NCBI RefSeq assembly: GCF_006345805.1
Contig: NW_021833424.1
Location: 43,080-107,079, forward strand
Length of the DNA: 64,000 nucleotides
Source: Octopus sinensis
Taxonomy: Eukaryota
Reading direction: 5' to 3'
The number at the start of each line of letters is the position of its first letter. Within the stretch, counting starts at the first letter, position 1. The notes below the pieces were generated by a model, which ran no database searches, had not been told where the DNA came from, and saw nothing but the letters and a program-made list of their open reading frames with translations. The translations under genes and the position numbers were made by a program. This document shows, in pieces, positions 53,076 through 64,000 of the stretch.

Positions 53076-53540
53076 CACATATCCTCCTCCTCCTTTTTCT
53101 TCATCTTCTACCCTACCAAGAATTCACAATTACCTCGAACCCACAAGAGTAAACAAGAGAGACAGAGACAGGTAGAAACAAGGAACATGCCACTTATGCT
53201 TGAACACTATACAAATATTCTTTTAAAAAAAATTTTCTTTTCATTTTTCTAAATTTAATTATTTAATTGTTACAGATGAAAAGGTCTCAATGACTGAAAC
53301 CGGTCCCAAAATGTTTTTTATAAAATTATTTTAGCCTTTTTTATCTTGACTTATTTCCATATATATATATATTTTTTTTTACGACGGGCTTCTTTCAGTT
53401 TCCGTCTGCTAGATCCACTCACAAGGCATTGGTCGGTCCGAGGCTATAGTAGACGATACTTGCCCAAGATGCCACGCAGTGGAACTGAACCCGGAACCAT
53501 GTGGTTGGTAAGCAAGCTACTTACCACACATCCACTCATG
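52808..53540 (-). mobile_element. SINE family B split by insertions in its internal microsatellite
   Basis: Tail 52808-53010, head 53380-53540. Confidence 0.8.
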
Positions 53541-53699
53541 CGCCACATATATACATAATTATATGCGTGTATGTATGTGTATGTGTGTGTGTGTTTCTAT
53601 GTATGTGTGTGCGTGTGTGTGTAGTCTTTTTGTTTTTTCTTTTATTGATTTCAGCCAGAGACAGAGGCCATACTGGGGCACCGCCTTTCAGAGAGTTTG

Positions 53700-54410
53700 T
53701 TTCTTTTCTATACTGTTTGTGGTGAAGCAGTGAGTTGGACGGAAGTGCTCTCCTTTGTGCCTCCCGTCGGGTTCACCTGGTATCTCAGAAAAAATATGTC
53801 CATATGCTCGTTGAAGAACTTCACATCTACAGCTTGTAGCTCTCTGAAGTTGTTTGATAGAACGTTGAATAGTTATGGACCCTTGCAACCCAAGCTGTTA
53901 CGGTATTGGCTTCTTATGGAGAAGATCTTCGGTAGTTCGCAGTGTCGTCCAGTTGCGGTGGTTGGTACGGCTTTCAACGCTAAAGTTGTATATCAATGCA
54001 TATCTTCCACGCATTTTCTCTAGAGAGTCCAGCTTCAATTCCTTTAGCCTTTTTTCCAGTAGGTCTTCTCTTCCACCGAGTCAATGTTCTCTGTGTAGTG
54101 GAACCAGGTTGTCCCAAGTTCAGCAGTTCTGACGCCGTGCAGTGACCACAGTCGGGAGTAGTAATCCATTCAACTGAGTGGAAGTTTTCTATAAGAGTAG
54201 CATGGTATCCGTTCTCCTGCTTCCGAATGATCTCAGAATCACTCCAGCTACTCACCGCATCCAACTCTTGATGCAACAAACTGGCATGTTTAGGGTTCTG
54301 TATTACTTGTGGGATTTTTGTATCACCTGCATATCTTATGAGAGTGGTTGTCTGTGGGGCTGAGGGCATATCTGAAAGGGCTTATTTCTTGCCAATAGAA
54401 AAAGAACCGG
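53700..54410 (-). pseudogene. Decayed CR1-like LINE 3' fragment
   Basis: [10 protein letters not shown] (YADDTK-like) followed by C-terminal ORF2 remnants. Confidence 0.6.
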
Positions 54411-55060
54411 TTTCTAACCTAGACCCAAGGCTCTTTCATTGGAATTTCAACTTCAACAACAGGTTATTTTTGTATGCATGCATGTACGTACGTATGTATA
54501 TATGTATGCATGTATGTATGCATGTATGTATGTATGGATGGATGGATGGATGGATGGATGGATGGATGGATGGATGGATGGATGGATTGCCAGGTTACTC
54601 CAGCAAGAACAACAGTAATATTGCATGAAACCGATGCAAAAAAGACAAAGACAAAATTATGACGTAAGCGTGAAATCGGAAAAAAAACTTACTCTGCAAG
54701 AATCTAACTATACATTCTTAGATAGAGTTCCATTAGATTCTTCAAACCAGATTCTATAACGTCCATGCAAGAATGACTCAAGGTAAATCCCGATGTTTGT
54801 TAAGTGAAGCAACATGAAAGTGGAGGTGCGACCGCCAGTCAGACAAAACAATCTTCTTTCCTACTTTAATCCTCATAAAGACACGTTGTCTAATTACAAT
54901 ACGACGTAACATATTGTATAGATTTAGCTTGTTAACTGTATACATACACGTGCGCTTGCCATGCGTAGACAATTATACATACGTGCATTAAACACTCACA
55001 AGCATACGTAGATGTCTGTATCCGTCTCTCTCCCTCTTTCACTCTCTCTCTCTCTCTCTT

Positions 55061-55109
<49 letters not shown>

Positions 55110-55360
55110 TTGCGTATGAAGATGTCAGGGGAAGGCGGGTGGATGGAGGGTGGCTGTAATATAGAAATGTTATTTTGGCCTGATGTGTGCACAGTGTAAT
55201 GAGGGAGAAGATGATTCGGCAGGCAGACACCTTTAGCTTGTTAACTCTTCTGAATACAAAACATTTTCAACAAACGGAAATACATTTTAGTTATGTTCAT
55301 ATGCTATCAATTACTAAACACAACAATATGGGGTTCTATATCTAGTATTTCAGCTTATAT

Positions 55361-55428
<68 letters not shown>

Positions 55429-56175
55429 GTGTGTGTGTGTGTGTGGTGTGTGTGTGTGTGTATTTTTTCAATGTTTACAAATAATACGGAACAAAATAAA
55501 TAAATTATTACCAGAGTAGCAAAGATTCACAAAAGTACCAGTCTACTTATAAAGGTAAAAATTCCATGTTTTGGTGAAATGTTTTTGTATAACATAGATA
55601 GATAAATACATGGAGTTAAAGGCAATTATTATTCAAATCTTTATACTTCCGACATATGTTTCGAAGAAAACGTTGGTATTAATCCGGAAGGAATAAAATG
55701 ATGTAAAACAATGCAACCTTCTCGTTGTTATTTATCCAGGAGGAATGCACTCTTCTCTTTGTTTCTCTTTTTCCTCCTGATGAGAATATTGCATTCCTCC
55801 TGGATTAATAACAACGGAAGCGTTAAAATGCATCACTTTCAAAGAGTTCCAGCACTACTTCGAACAGTGGAAAATGCGCCTGGACCGATGCACTGCTTCA
55901 AAGGGCGGATATTTCGAGGGCGATAAAAGTGTAAACATGTAAAACTGGTAAGACTAATAATATAGCAAAATCCCGGCTTCTTTTGGGGTAACCCCCCCAC
56001 CTCGTATATATATGAAAGATGCCTTTGATAGAGAGAACGATTGACAGGCAGACACAGAGACGCACAGACAGATCGGCAAACGAATAGACAGATAAAGATA
56101 TGTATATGTGTCTATGATTATGTGTATGCATATACTTTATGCATATTTATGTACACACACAGATATATAATACAT

Positions 56176-56840
56176 ACAGCGTGCGATGGGTAAATTAACG
56201 TCATTTTATATTTTTAATTTCGCGCATGCACATTGATTTCTTTTGATTTTGTTGACTACACAGTATAGTAGGGTCAGTTGGACACTGTCTGATAAAAACA
56301 GCACCACGGCGCAATTCAATCAACCTGAAATTTGGAAACGACAAGCTGTACTGTTTGGCATTCGCATCAGAAGCTCCAATACGAACATTTCAGAGTGTTT
56401 GGGTTTCAATTTGAGGACATGTACCAAGAGTGATGAAAATCAAACATCCAGTCAACATCATGGTGTTTGAAGTGATCACTAGTGATGGCGATGTTATGCC
56501 TCCATTCATCTTCCCACACAGCCTCAGACTCGACACAGAGACCTAAATCAAGTGCCTAGAAGAAGTAGTGCCGCCCTGGGTGAAGAGAGTGGCTGCTAGA
56601 AGACCCTGTGTCTGTCAACAGGACTCTGCTCCATGCCACACAAGCAGGAGAACCCAGTCATGGCTGTCAGACAATTTCTGCGACCACATAACCCCTAAAA
56701 TCTAGCCACATAACTCCCCAGACCGCAACACCCTTGATTATTATATGTGGGGTGCAGTTGAGCGAGAAACCAACAAAATTCCTTGTAACACCAAAGATGA
56801 ACTGAGGGCAAAGATTTTGGTAGCATTGACCAATTTAAAC
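56176..56840 (+). mobile_element. Tc1/mariner (maT-like, DDD) internally deleted element
   Basis: TACAG start; KHPVNIMVF..SDGDVMPPFIF, QQDSAPCHT, NSPDRNTLDYYMWG. Confidence 0.85.
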
Positions 56841-57933
56841 AATCCGTGTCTCCAAGTCCGCCAGTGTTCGAGGTTTTGTCTTGTACACCTCCTCTTTGTG
56901 TAACTCCACAAGTAAAAATCACGTAGAGGGAGATCTGCACTTCTCGGAGGCCATTCAGGAGGTCCGCGTCGTCCCATCCAACGTCCTGGAAAATGTTAGT
57001 CTAACCACGCACGCATGGTAAGAGCAACATGGGGTATCGCACCATCCTGCATGAATATCAGGTCACCAATGTTACCCCAGCCAGACACCGTGGGCCACAC
57101 GCAGTTTTCGAGCATCTGAAGAGAGCGATCCGTATTCATGGTGTCACGCAGAAGATATGGGCTCATGACTTTTTGTTGATGTCATTCCGCACCAGACGGT
57201 CACTTTTGGTCGAGCTTGCCTCCTCTCAACCGTCAGGTTTGGATCCTAAACACACGATGCCCAGGATGGCAGTTGTGACGATTGATGAAACCACCAGCAT
57301 GGAATACAGCCTCGTCACTCCAGACGATGTTTACAAACAATTTAGGCCAATCTTCATGCCAACTTAGCATTAACTCTCCATATTCCATTCTACGGTCACA
57401 GCCTTCAGGTTTTAGCTCCTTCACGTAATGGGGTTTCCACGAACGAAAGTTCAATATTTTATGCAACACCGTACGTGTATTGTGTGTCTTGTTAGTCCCC
57501 TTCCACGAGCTGCTTGACGTGTTGACTTTTGTGGCCTGCGATTAAACATTTCCTGCACTGTTGCCGCGTTCTCCACTGAACGGGATGTTGCGGGACGGCC
57601 ACTTCTTGCATCATTCACAGAGTCCGTGGTCATCAGCTTTGCATGACAACTTTTTATTGTCTCCGGACATAGTGTTGTATGCTTACCTTTCTATGCACGC
57701 CTCCATCTCTGAACCAAAGCAATGGAATTCCACACTTCATAGCCTGCTGCTATCTTATCTCACTCTTGAACAATCAAAGTACCGGCCATCTGGAAAATAA
57801 GAAATAGGACAATAAGGTAATAAGAAATCGCCATCAGTGTTGTCTGTTCAAAAACTGCTTTCGTCATGACTTCCGTGATACTAAAAGTTCAATAAGCAAT
57901 TCCTAATGTCTAGTTTACTTTCCACCCACTCTG
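56841..57933 (-). mobile_element. Second Tc1/mariner-family element, decayed
   Basis: TA-CAGAGTGGGTGG end; RSGRPATSR, WSDEAVFH..G.INRHNC, GRRGPPEWPPRSADL..DFYLW. Confidence 0.85.
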
Positions 57934-57989
57934 TATGTGTATGTGTGTATATGTATAAATATATATATATATATATTATATATATACTG

Positions 57990-58020
<31 letters not shown>

Positions 58021-58242
58021 ATTTATATTTATATATATATATATTTACACACACACACATATATATATATATGTACATTTAAATTAGGCAGCCGTTTTGT
58101 CAGTAAATATTACAGAGGGTGTTAGACTACCTACAATGCTAGAAATAAGAGCTAAAGTTCTCTGATACTGCATGTATGTCTATAATTATGTATGTATGCA
58201 TGTATGTATGTATAAATGATAGATACTTTTGATATTGATAGA

Positions 58243-58284
<42 letters not shown>

Positions 58285-58285
58285 A

Positions 58286-58338
<53 letters not shown>

Positions 58339-58741
58339 CAGACAGATAGAATATGAAACCAAGATTGGAATCGTTTGTATATGTTAGAATGGAAAAGTCC
58401 ATATAAAAGCCCACACACACACATACACACACACACATGTAGCTAACAACATATAATGGTGTGTTGTTAGTGTGTGTAATTATATTCCCGTGTTCTTCAA
58501 ACAATTAGAAAGTCCATTAACAGCCTTCTGCTACCATCAGATCAACTTCCGTCACCATCACCATCATCATCCTCATCAACATCATCCTCAGTACCACCGT
58601 CGCCACCGTCACCGCTGCCGTTAGATAATTATCGCTTCCATATGACAGTTTGATAGACTGTGGCCGCTGCAACATAATGGCTTCCATTTGTCTGCTCTTT
58701 AAATCATACTTATCTATCACACCTGTACTAGAACAGAGGTA

Positions 58742-58803
<62 letters not shown>

Positions 58804-59029
58804 CAGTTGTTGGACACCGAAATAATTGTTTACCTTTGTTTGAAGTTGTTGCCATCATGTTGTTATTCTTGTCCCTCTCTCGTTTTCAAGTTTGCACACA
58901 CGCAGGACACACGCACCACACACGCAGCACACACGCAGCACACACGCATACACACACATATTTATGTAACTGGATACATAGATTGATAGATAGACAGATA
59001 TATATATATATATATATATAATATATATA

Positions 59030-59069
<40 letters not shown>

Positions 59070-59280
59070 GTAGCAAAAAATTCAATAGAAATTTTTTTCG
59101 GCACCAGCGGTCCAGTGAGAAAGAGAAAATAGTCACAGACTATATATATATAATTTCAACAATATTAAGGAATGGCCCTGATAGGTCATTCGACTCACCA
59201 GAAAGAGCAGCCAAACTCAAACCGCTAAATAGTAGTAATTCAGAAATCAAAGGAAAATCAAAAACATTTACTCTAATCAT

Positions 59281-59386
59281 CCTTGGACAATGCCTTGTTT
59301 CGACGTACTTTTTGGCAAACCACCCTAATTAAATTAAATTTAATTTAATCAAGTCAATCTACCACTGGCTAGTCTCATCGGCAAGG
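59281..59386 (-). ncRNA. Type I hammerhead motif (left arm)
   Basis: CCTTG-CCGATGA-GAC...GTC-GAAA-CAAGGCATTG-TC-CAAGG. Confidence 0.75.
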
Positions 59387-59666
59387 AGGCCAGGAGGAAT
59401 AAATATTCCACGAGGCAGCCGCATCGATGCCTCGGGAATATATACTTTCTCACTGGACCGCTGGTGACGAAAAAAATTTCTATTGAATGTTTTGCTACCC
59501 TTATATTGATTAATTAATGATTTTTTGACTAATTCTGAAATTAAATCAGCAGTTTATATTTGCTGCTGATAAGTTGGCGCGATTACGGTGGATTTTGAAA
59601 ATTTAGAGTATATATTTCCGAGGCATTGATGCTGTTGCCTCGTGGAATATTTATTCCTCCTGGCCT

Positions 59667-59770
59667 CCTTGCCGATGAGACGAGCCATTGGTAGATTGAC
59701 TTGATTAAATTTAATTTAATTTAATTAGGCTGGTTTGCCAAAAAGTACGTCGAAACAATGCATTGTCAGG
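59667..59770 (+). ncRNA. Type I hammerhead motif (right arm)
   Basis: CCTTG-CCGATGA-GACG...CGTC-GAAA-CAATGCATTG-TC-AGG. Confidence 0.75.
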
Positions 59771-59888
59771 ATGATTAGGGTAAATGTTTTTGATTTTCCT
59801 TTGATTTCTGAATTACTACTATTAGCGGTTTGAGTTTGCTGCTTTTCTGGTCAGTCGAATGACCTATCAGGGCCATTCCTTAATATTG

Positions 59889-59926
<38 letters not shown>

Positions 59927-59952
59927 GAATATATATATATATATAATATATA

Positions 59953-60163
59953 TCGCCATGTGTTGATTCGCTAGCTCTGCACGCATTTTTTTCTCTCCTT
60001 GTTTCTTTCTGTGTTTCTTTTCTGTGTACTTTCTGTTGAAGAGCGTAGGCTCGAAACGTAAAAGACTTGTTTATTTATATTCCTGAGCGCCATACTAATA
60101 CAATTGTTTGTTTGTATTCCACCTGCCTTCGTCGTTTTGTTTATTTTTCATAAAGCTCCCCGT
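59953..60163 (+). mobile_element. Short hammerhead-bearing element (HHR motif 60029-60064)
   Basis: CTTT-CTGTTGA-AGAGC-GTAG-GCTC-GAAA-CG-TA-AAAG, inside (TA)n; same family as 19953-20148. Confidence 0.65.
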
Positions 60164-60227
60164 TATATATATATATATATATAATATAATATATATATAG
60201 ATAATAGATAGAAGATAGATAGATAGC

Positions 60228-60273
<46 letters not shown>

Positions 60274-60383
60274 GATAGATAATAGATTATACACAAATAG
60301 ATAGATAGATTTTTGTGATATTTCCTGCTGCTTTTTAATAAAGTATTTATATATATATATATATATACGTTATATATATAAGG

Positions 60384-62026
60384 CGTCCACCGCGCCTCCG
60401 TCGTGGGACGCTGGACCGACGGCCCGGTTGAGTTGCTCGGGGTCTGTTTGGTGTCCGGACCTCCAAGTGGAGAAGAACTGGAACGAGATAACGAGTAGGG
60501 TGGTCACTCTCGCCCGGCAATGGGCCGAGAGGAAACTGTCCCTAAAAGTCGAGCGGAGGGCGAACACGTACAATCGCGTCCGTCATCTACTACCGCCTGA
60601 CCGTCGTACCTTGTCCCGACCCTACCATCACACAAACTACAACGCATCCTCTTTCGCTTCTTGTGGAAAGGATGCGTCCCGATGGTCAGGCGAGATCCAT
60701 TTGCTGTCAACACCCGTTAAAAGGAGGGCTGGCATGCCGTGGTTGATGATGCGCAGACACGCGCTGAGACTGCGACATCTCTGGCTCTATGTAGACGACG
60801 GTGAACAGGTGTGGTCGCCGTTTGTGAGGCACGCTTTCCCGCAGCTCGTCTCCATGACCGAACTGCAGTCGTATCAAAAAGAGGCCGAGGAAGGGCGAAT
60901 GGCACCGCGAGTGTCGCGTTGCTCTCAAGCAACTCTGCCGTCCGGGTCGACCTTAAGTGACTTCAACACAACCAAAGCATTCTATAGGGGTTTAGTGGAC
61001 GGGAGGTACGACGACGAGCTCGGGGCGAACCTGGACGTCGACGAGGAGTACCTGACCCGCCTGTTCGGGACGACTTTCGGGCCAGGGCCCATGGACAACT
61101 TCCAGATCCCTGGCCTTGCAGTGCTACGAGAAGCGCTACCCCGTTCGGATAAGCTCTACAGACACGGCTCGAGAAACACGGGGCCGACCTGCCCGAGATG
61201 CGGTCAGAGCGACGAAACCGTTCTGCACGCACTCGTTCAGTGTCCAACATTTCCGACATGTGGGCTTATGTCGAACACTGCTGTCACGTGTGGGGACGAG
61301 TCGGTTTATCAGCTGAGTCTATCGTCAATATTGTCACGCCTCCTTCCTTCAAACGGGAGGAAGAGCTATTTTCATCATCCTTGTGGCTATGGCGAAAGAA
61401 TGTATCTGGTTGGACGCGTCTGAAAGGATTGGAGACAAACACTTTCCTCTCTGGTCAATCTCTCTCATCAACTTCTTCAAGTACCACTTGAAAAAGAAAC
61501 GTGAGAGTAGAGAGGCCAGTTTTGTCTAGCGAATTTTTAAAAAAAAGATGGGATGAATGTTAGCAAGAATGGCACGTATGAATGACGAAGCCACCTTGAG
61601 CATAGTCCTATGAACCCAGAATCGAAAACAGAGTTTGCTTATTTGCAAAAAAAAAAAAAAAAAAAAAAAAGAAATATAAAATGTGACTTCATTGACCGGG
61701 TTACCGTGGTCTTTTCCGTAGGCTTTTTTCTTTCCACGGGTAAACCTCACCTGTCCTCCCCTTTACACTTCATATTGACATTTCTGTGATAACGATCCCT
61801 ATTGATCAATTTTTTTTTCCTCTCCCCCCTTTTTTTTTTTTTTTTTTTTTTTTTAAACCCCCCCCTTTTTTTTTGTCCTCTTTCTCTCCTTTTACGATCC
61901 CTTTTGATCGAAACTCCCCTTTCCCCTTTTTTTTTTTTTTTTTTTTTTTTTAAAACCTTCATAAGAAAAGCTCTACCTTGTAATTTGTTCTATCTGTGTG
62001 CGCCCTGTGTGGCTAATAAAGAAACA
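60384..62026 (+). mobile_element. 5'-truncated L1/Tx1-type LINE, subfamily 2 (many 1-bp indels)
   Basis: Same sequence as 44968-46684; (TA)n on both flanks. Confidence 0.93.
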
Positions 62027-62411
62027 TATATTATATTATAATATAGAGAATAGTAAGCTAACGGTAGACACGAAAATTGCATTCTAGAGGGCTTAACTTC
62101 TCAGCACACTGCTTTATGACAGTGAAACTGAATACAACTACTCCGCATAAGAGCGGTATCTCAATGCCTTCGGTTTATACGGCCTGGAACGAGACAAAGG
62201 CTGAAAAGAAGTAGACGCTTGCTAGTGAACGAAAGCAAATTCAATGAAAAATAGTACCAAGACACACTGCAACCTGGATACCGCTCGCATGTGGATATAA
62301 AATGTCACGGCAGATGATGTTCTGCAAAAATATCAAAACAAGATTTGGTGACAGATACCTCCAGTAAATAACTCTAGAGCCTATAATGTCAAATTTTACT
62401 GTTTATAAATA

Positions 62412-62578
62412 AGGAGTGGCTGTGTGGTAAGTAGCTTGCTAACCAACCACATGGTTCAGGGTTCAGTCCCACTGCGTGGCACCTTGGGCAGGTGTCTTCT
62501 ACTATAGCCCCGGGCCGACCAATGCCTTGTGAGTGGATTTGGTAGACGGAAACTGAAAGAAGCCCGTCGTATATATGT

Positions 62579-62621
<43 letters not shown>

Positions 62622-62850
62622 TGTTTGGTGTGTGTTTGTGTGTCTGTGTTTGTCCCCCTAGCATGCTTGACAACCGATTGCTGGCGTGTTTATGTCCCCG
62701 TCACGTTAGCAGTTCGGCAAAAGAGACCGATAGAATAAGTACTGGGCTTACAAAGAATAAGTCTAGTTGCTCGACTAAAGGCGGTGCTCCAGCATGGCCG
62801 CAGTCAAATGACTGAAACAAGTAAAAGAGGAAAAAAAAGAGTAAAGAGTA
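62412..62850 (+). mobile_element. SINE family B, full length
   Basis: Family head to tail. Confidence 0.92.
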
Positions 62851-63844
62851 TCTGCAAAAAAAACTTTGTATTAATTAGTATTAATTGTCCTATCGCCATT
62901 ACAAAATGATATCTAATCATACAGATTTCTTGAAATTTGTTTCTTCAGGATAAATAAGCTTAAAGTGCGGCCTTCATCGAGCTCTTGCTCTGGCGAAACT
63001 TTGGCAGCACACGTCCTATTTGAACATATTTCAATTTGATGTTGAGCAGATAGGAAATTTCAGGCATTTGAAGTTATTTAGGAAAAGATTTTGGAAAATG
63101 GTTTTGGGCGAGATGTGGGATGGGCGTAGGAATAGAATAGCCATACAAAATCCTGAGGGCATGTAATTTAAATGTGCATGTATGTATGCAGTGTACAACA
63201 AAGTAGTTCTGAGAAACAGCGACCAGTGTAGAGGAAGGTGACAGAGAGGGGAGACAGCCCTTACCAGAAGCCAGAGATCGAAAGGTTTTGCAGAGTCAAT
63301 CTTTTCTAGTCAGACGGGTCTGCTTCGTTTTCGATGTGGTCTCCAATTTTCGGTGCGAGTAGCGTCGGCCTTGTCTCAGAATATGTAAGATGTTATTGTT
63401 TAGGCCAAGGTAAAGTCTGACCTATGATCAATGACATTCCATACATGACAATCCAACCTTATTACGAACATTTAAAAAAATGAGTTTATTTCATGAGTTT
63501 TTCCATTATTTAAAGATGTGACCTGAGGAAGATTTGGCTGGTATTTCGAGCGGATTGAGAAACACGTAGACACGCACACTAATCTTTTACTTGTTTCAGT
63601 CATTAGAGTGCGGCCAGGCTGGGGCACTGCCTTCAAAATATTTAGTCGAACGAATTGACCCCAGTACTTACATGCATGGGACTGAACCCGAAACCACAGC
63701 CACGCCTCTGCCTTTTCCTTAACGATGACTGATAATCAGTGCTACAGGATGTAAAGTAAGTAGTCCATATTTTTTCTCGGTTAATCTTTAACCGTTATCA
63801 CTCAGATAAGTCAAGTTAAAATTCTCTTGCAATGTTATAAATTA

Positions 63845-64000
63845 AAAAGGCGAGCTTTTTAAAAAGGGTCGATAAATTAAGTACCAGTTACATACTGAGG
63901 TCGATCTAATCGACTGGCCCCTCCCCAAAAAATTTCGGCCCTTTTACCTAGAATAGAAAAGAATATTATGAAATAAAAAGGCGGTGAGCTGGGGAGAATC
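63845..64000 (+). mobile_element. SINE family A fragment followed by the head of another copy running off the window
   Basis: GGGTCGATAAATTAAGTACCAG core and tail, then AGGCGGTGAGCTGG. Confidence 0.8.

Larger units (their letters stand above)
59063..59893. mobile_element. Nested inverted-repeat structure of a hammerhead-bearing Penelope pLTR-like element
   Basis: 59154-59446 mirrored by 59606-59893; 59063-59122 mirrored by 59445-59504; (TA)n flanks. Confidence 0.85.

Overview
Eukaryotic, AT-rich, repeat-saturated non-coding DNA. The SINE families and microsatellite density suggest an Octopus-like cephalopod intron or intergenic region (inference). No host protein-coding gene can be supported, and most ORF-track entries are translations of microsatellites. 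Contents: (1) dozens of copies of three tRNA-derived SINE families; (2) one near full-length, frameshifted L1/Tx1-type LINE (36575-42700, minus) flanked at both ends by (TATC)n, plus three near-identical 5'-truncated copies of a sister subfamily that also end in TATC/TA repeats, suggesting microsatellite-targeted insertion; (3) a complete but decayed Tc1 element with TIRs and TA TSD, several other Tc1/mariner remnants, hAT- and pogo-type MITEs and CR1-like LINE fragments; (4) most interesting, about a dozen minimal type I hammerhead-ribozyme-like motifs (CUGAnGA-stem II-GAAA-palindromic stem III-UH) in short elements that mostly lie next to (TA)n and often form long inverted repeats, as expected of Penelope-like pseudo-LTRs or retrozymes, some with non-canonical cores (CCGAUGA, CUGUUGA); (5) several further long fold-backs and old inverted duplications. 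All alignments and structures were read by eye, so boundaries are approximate.
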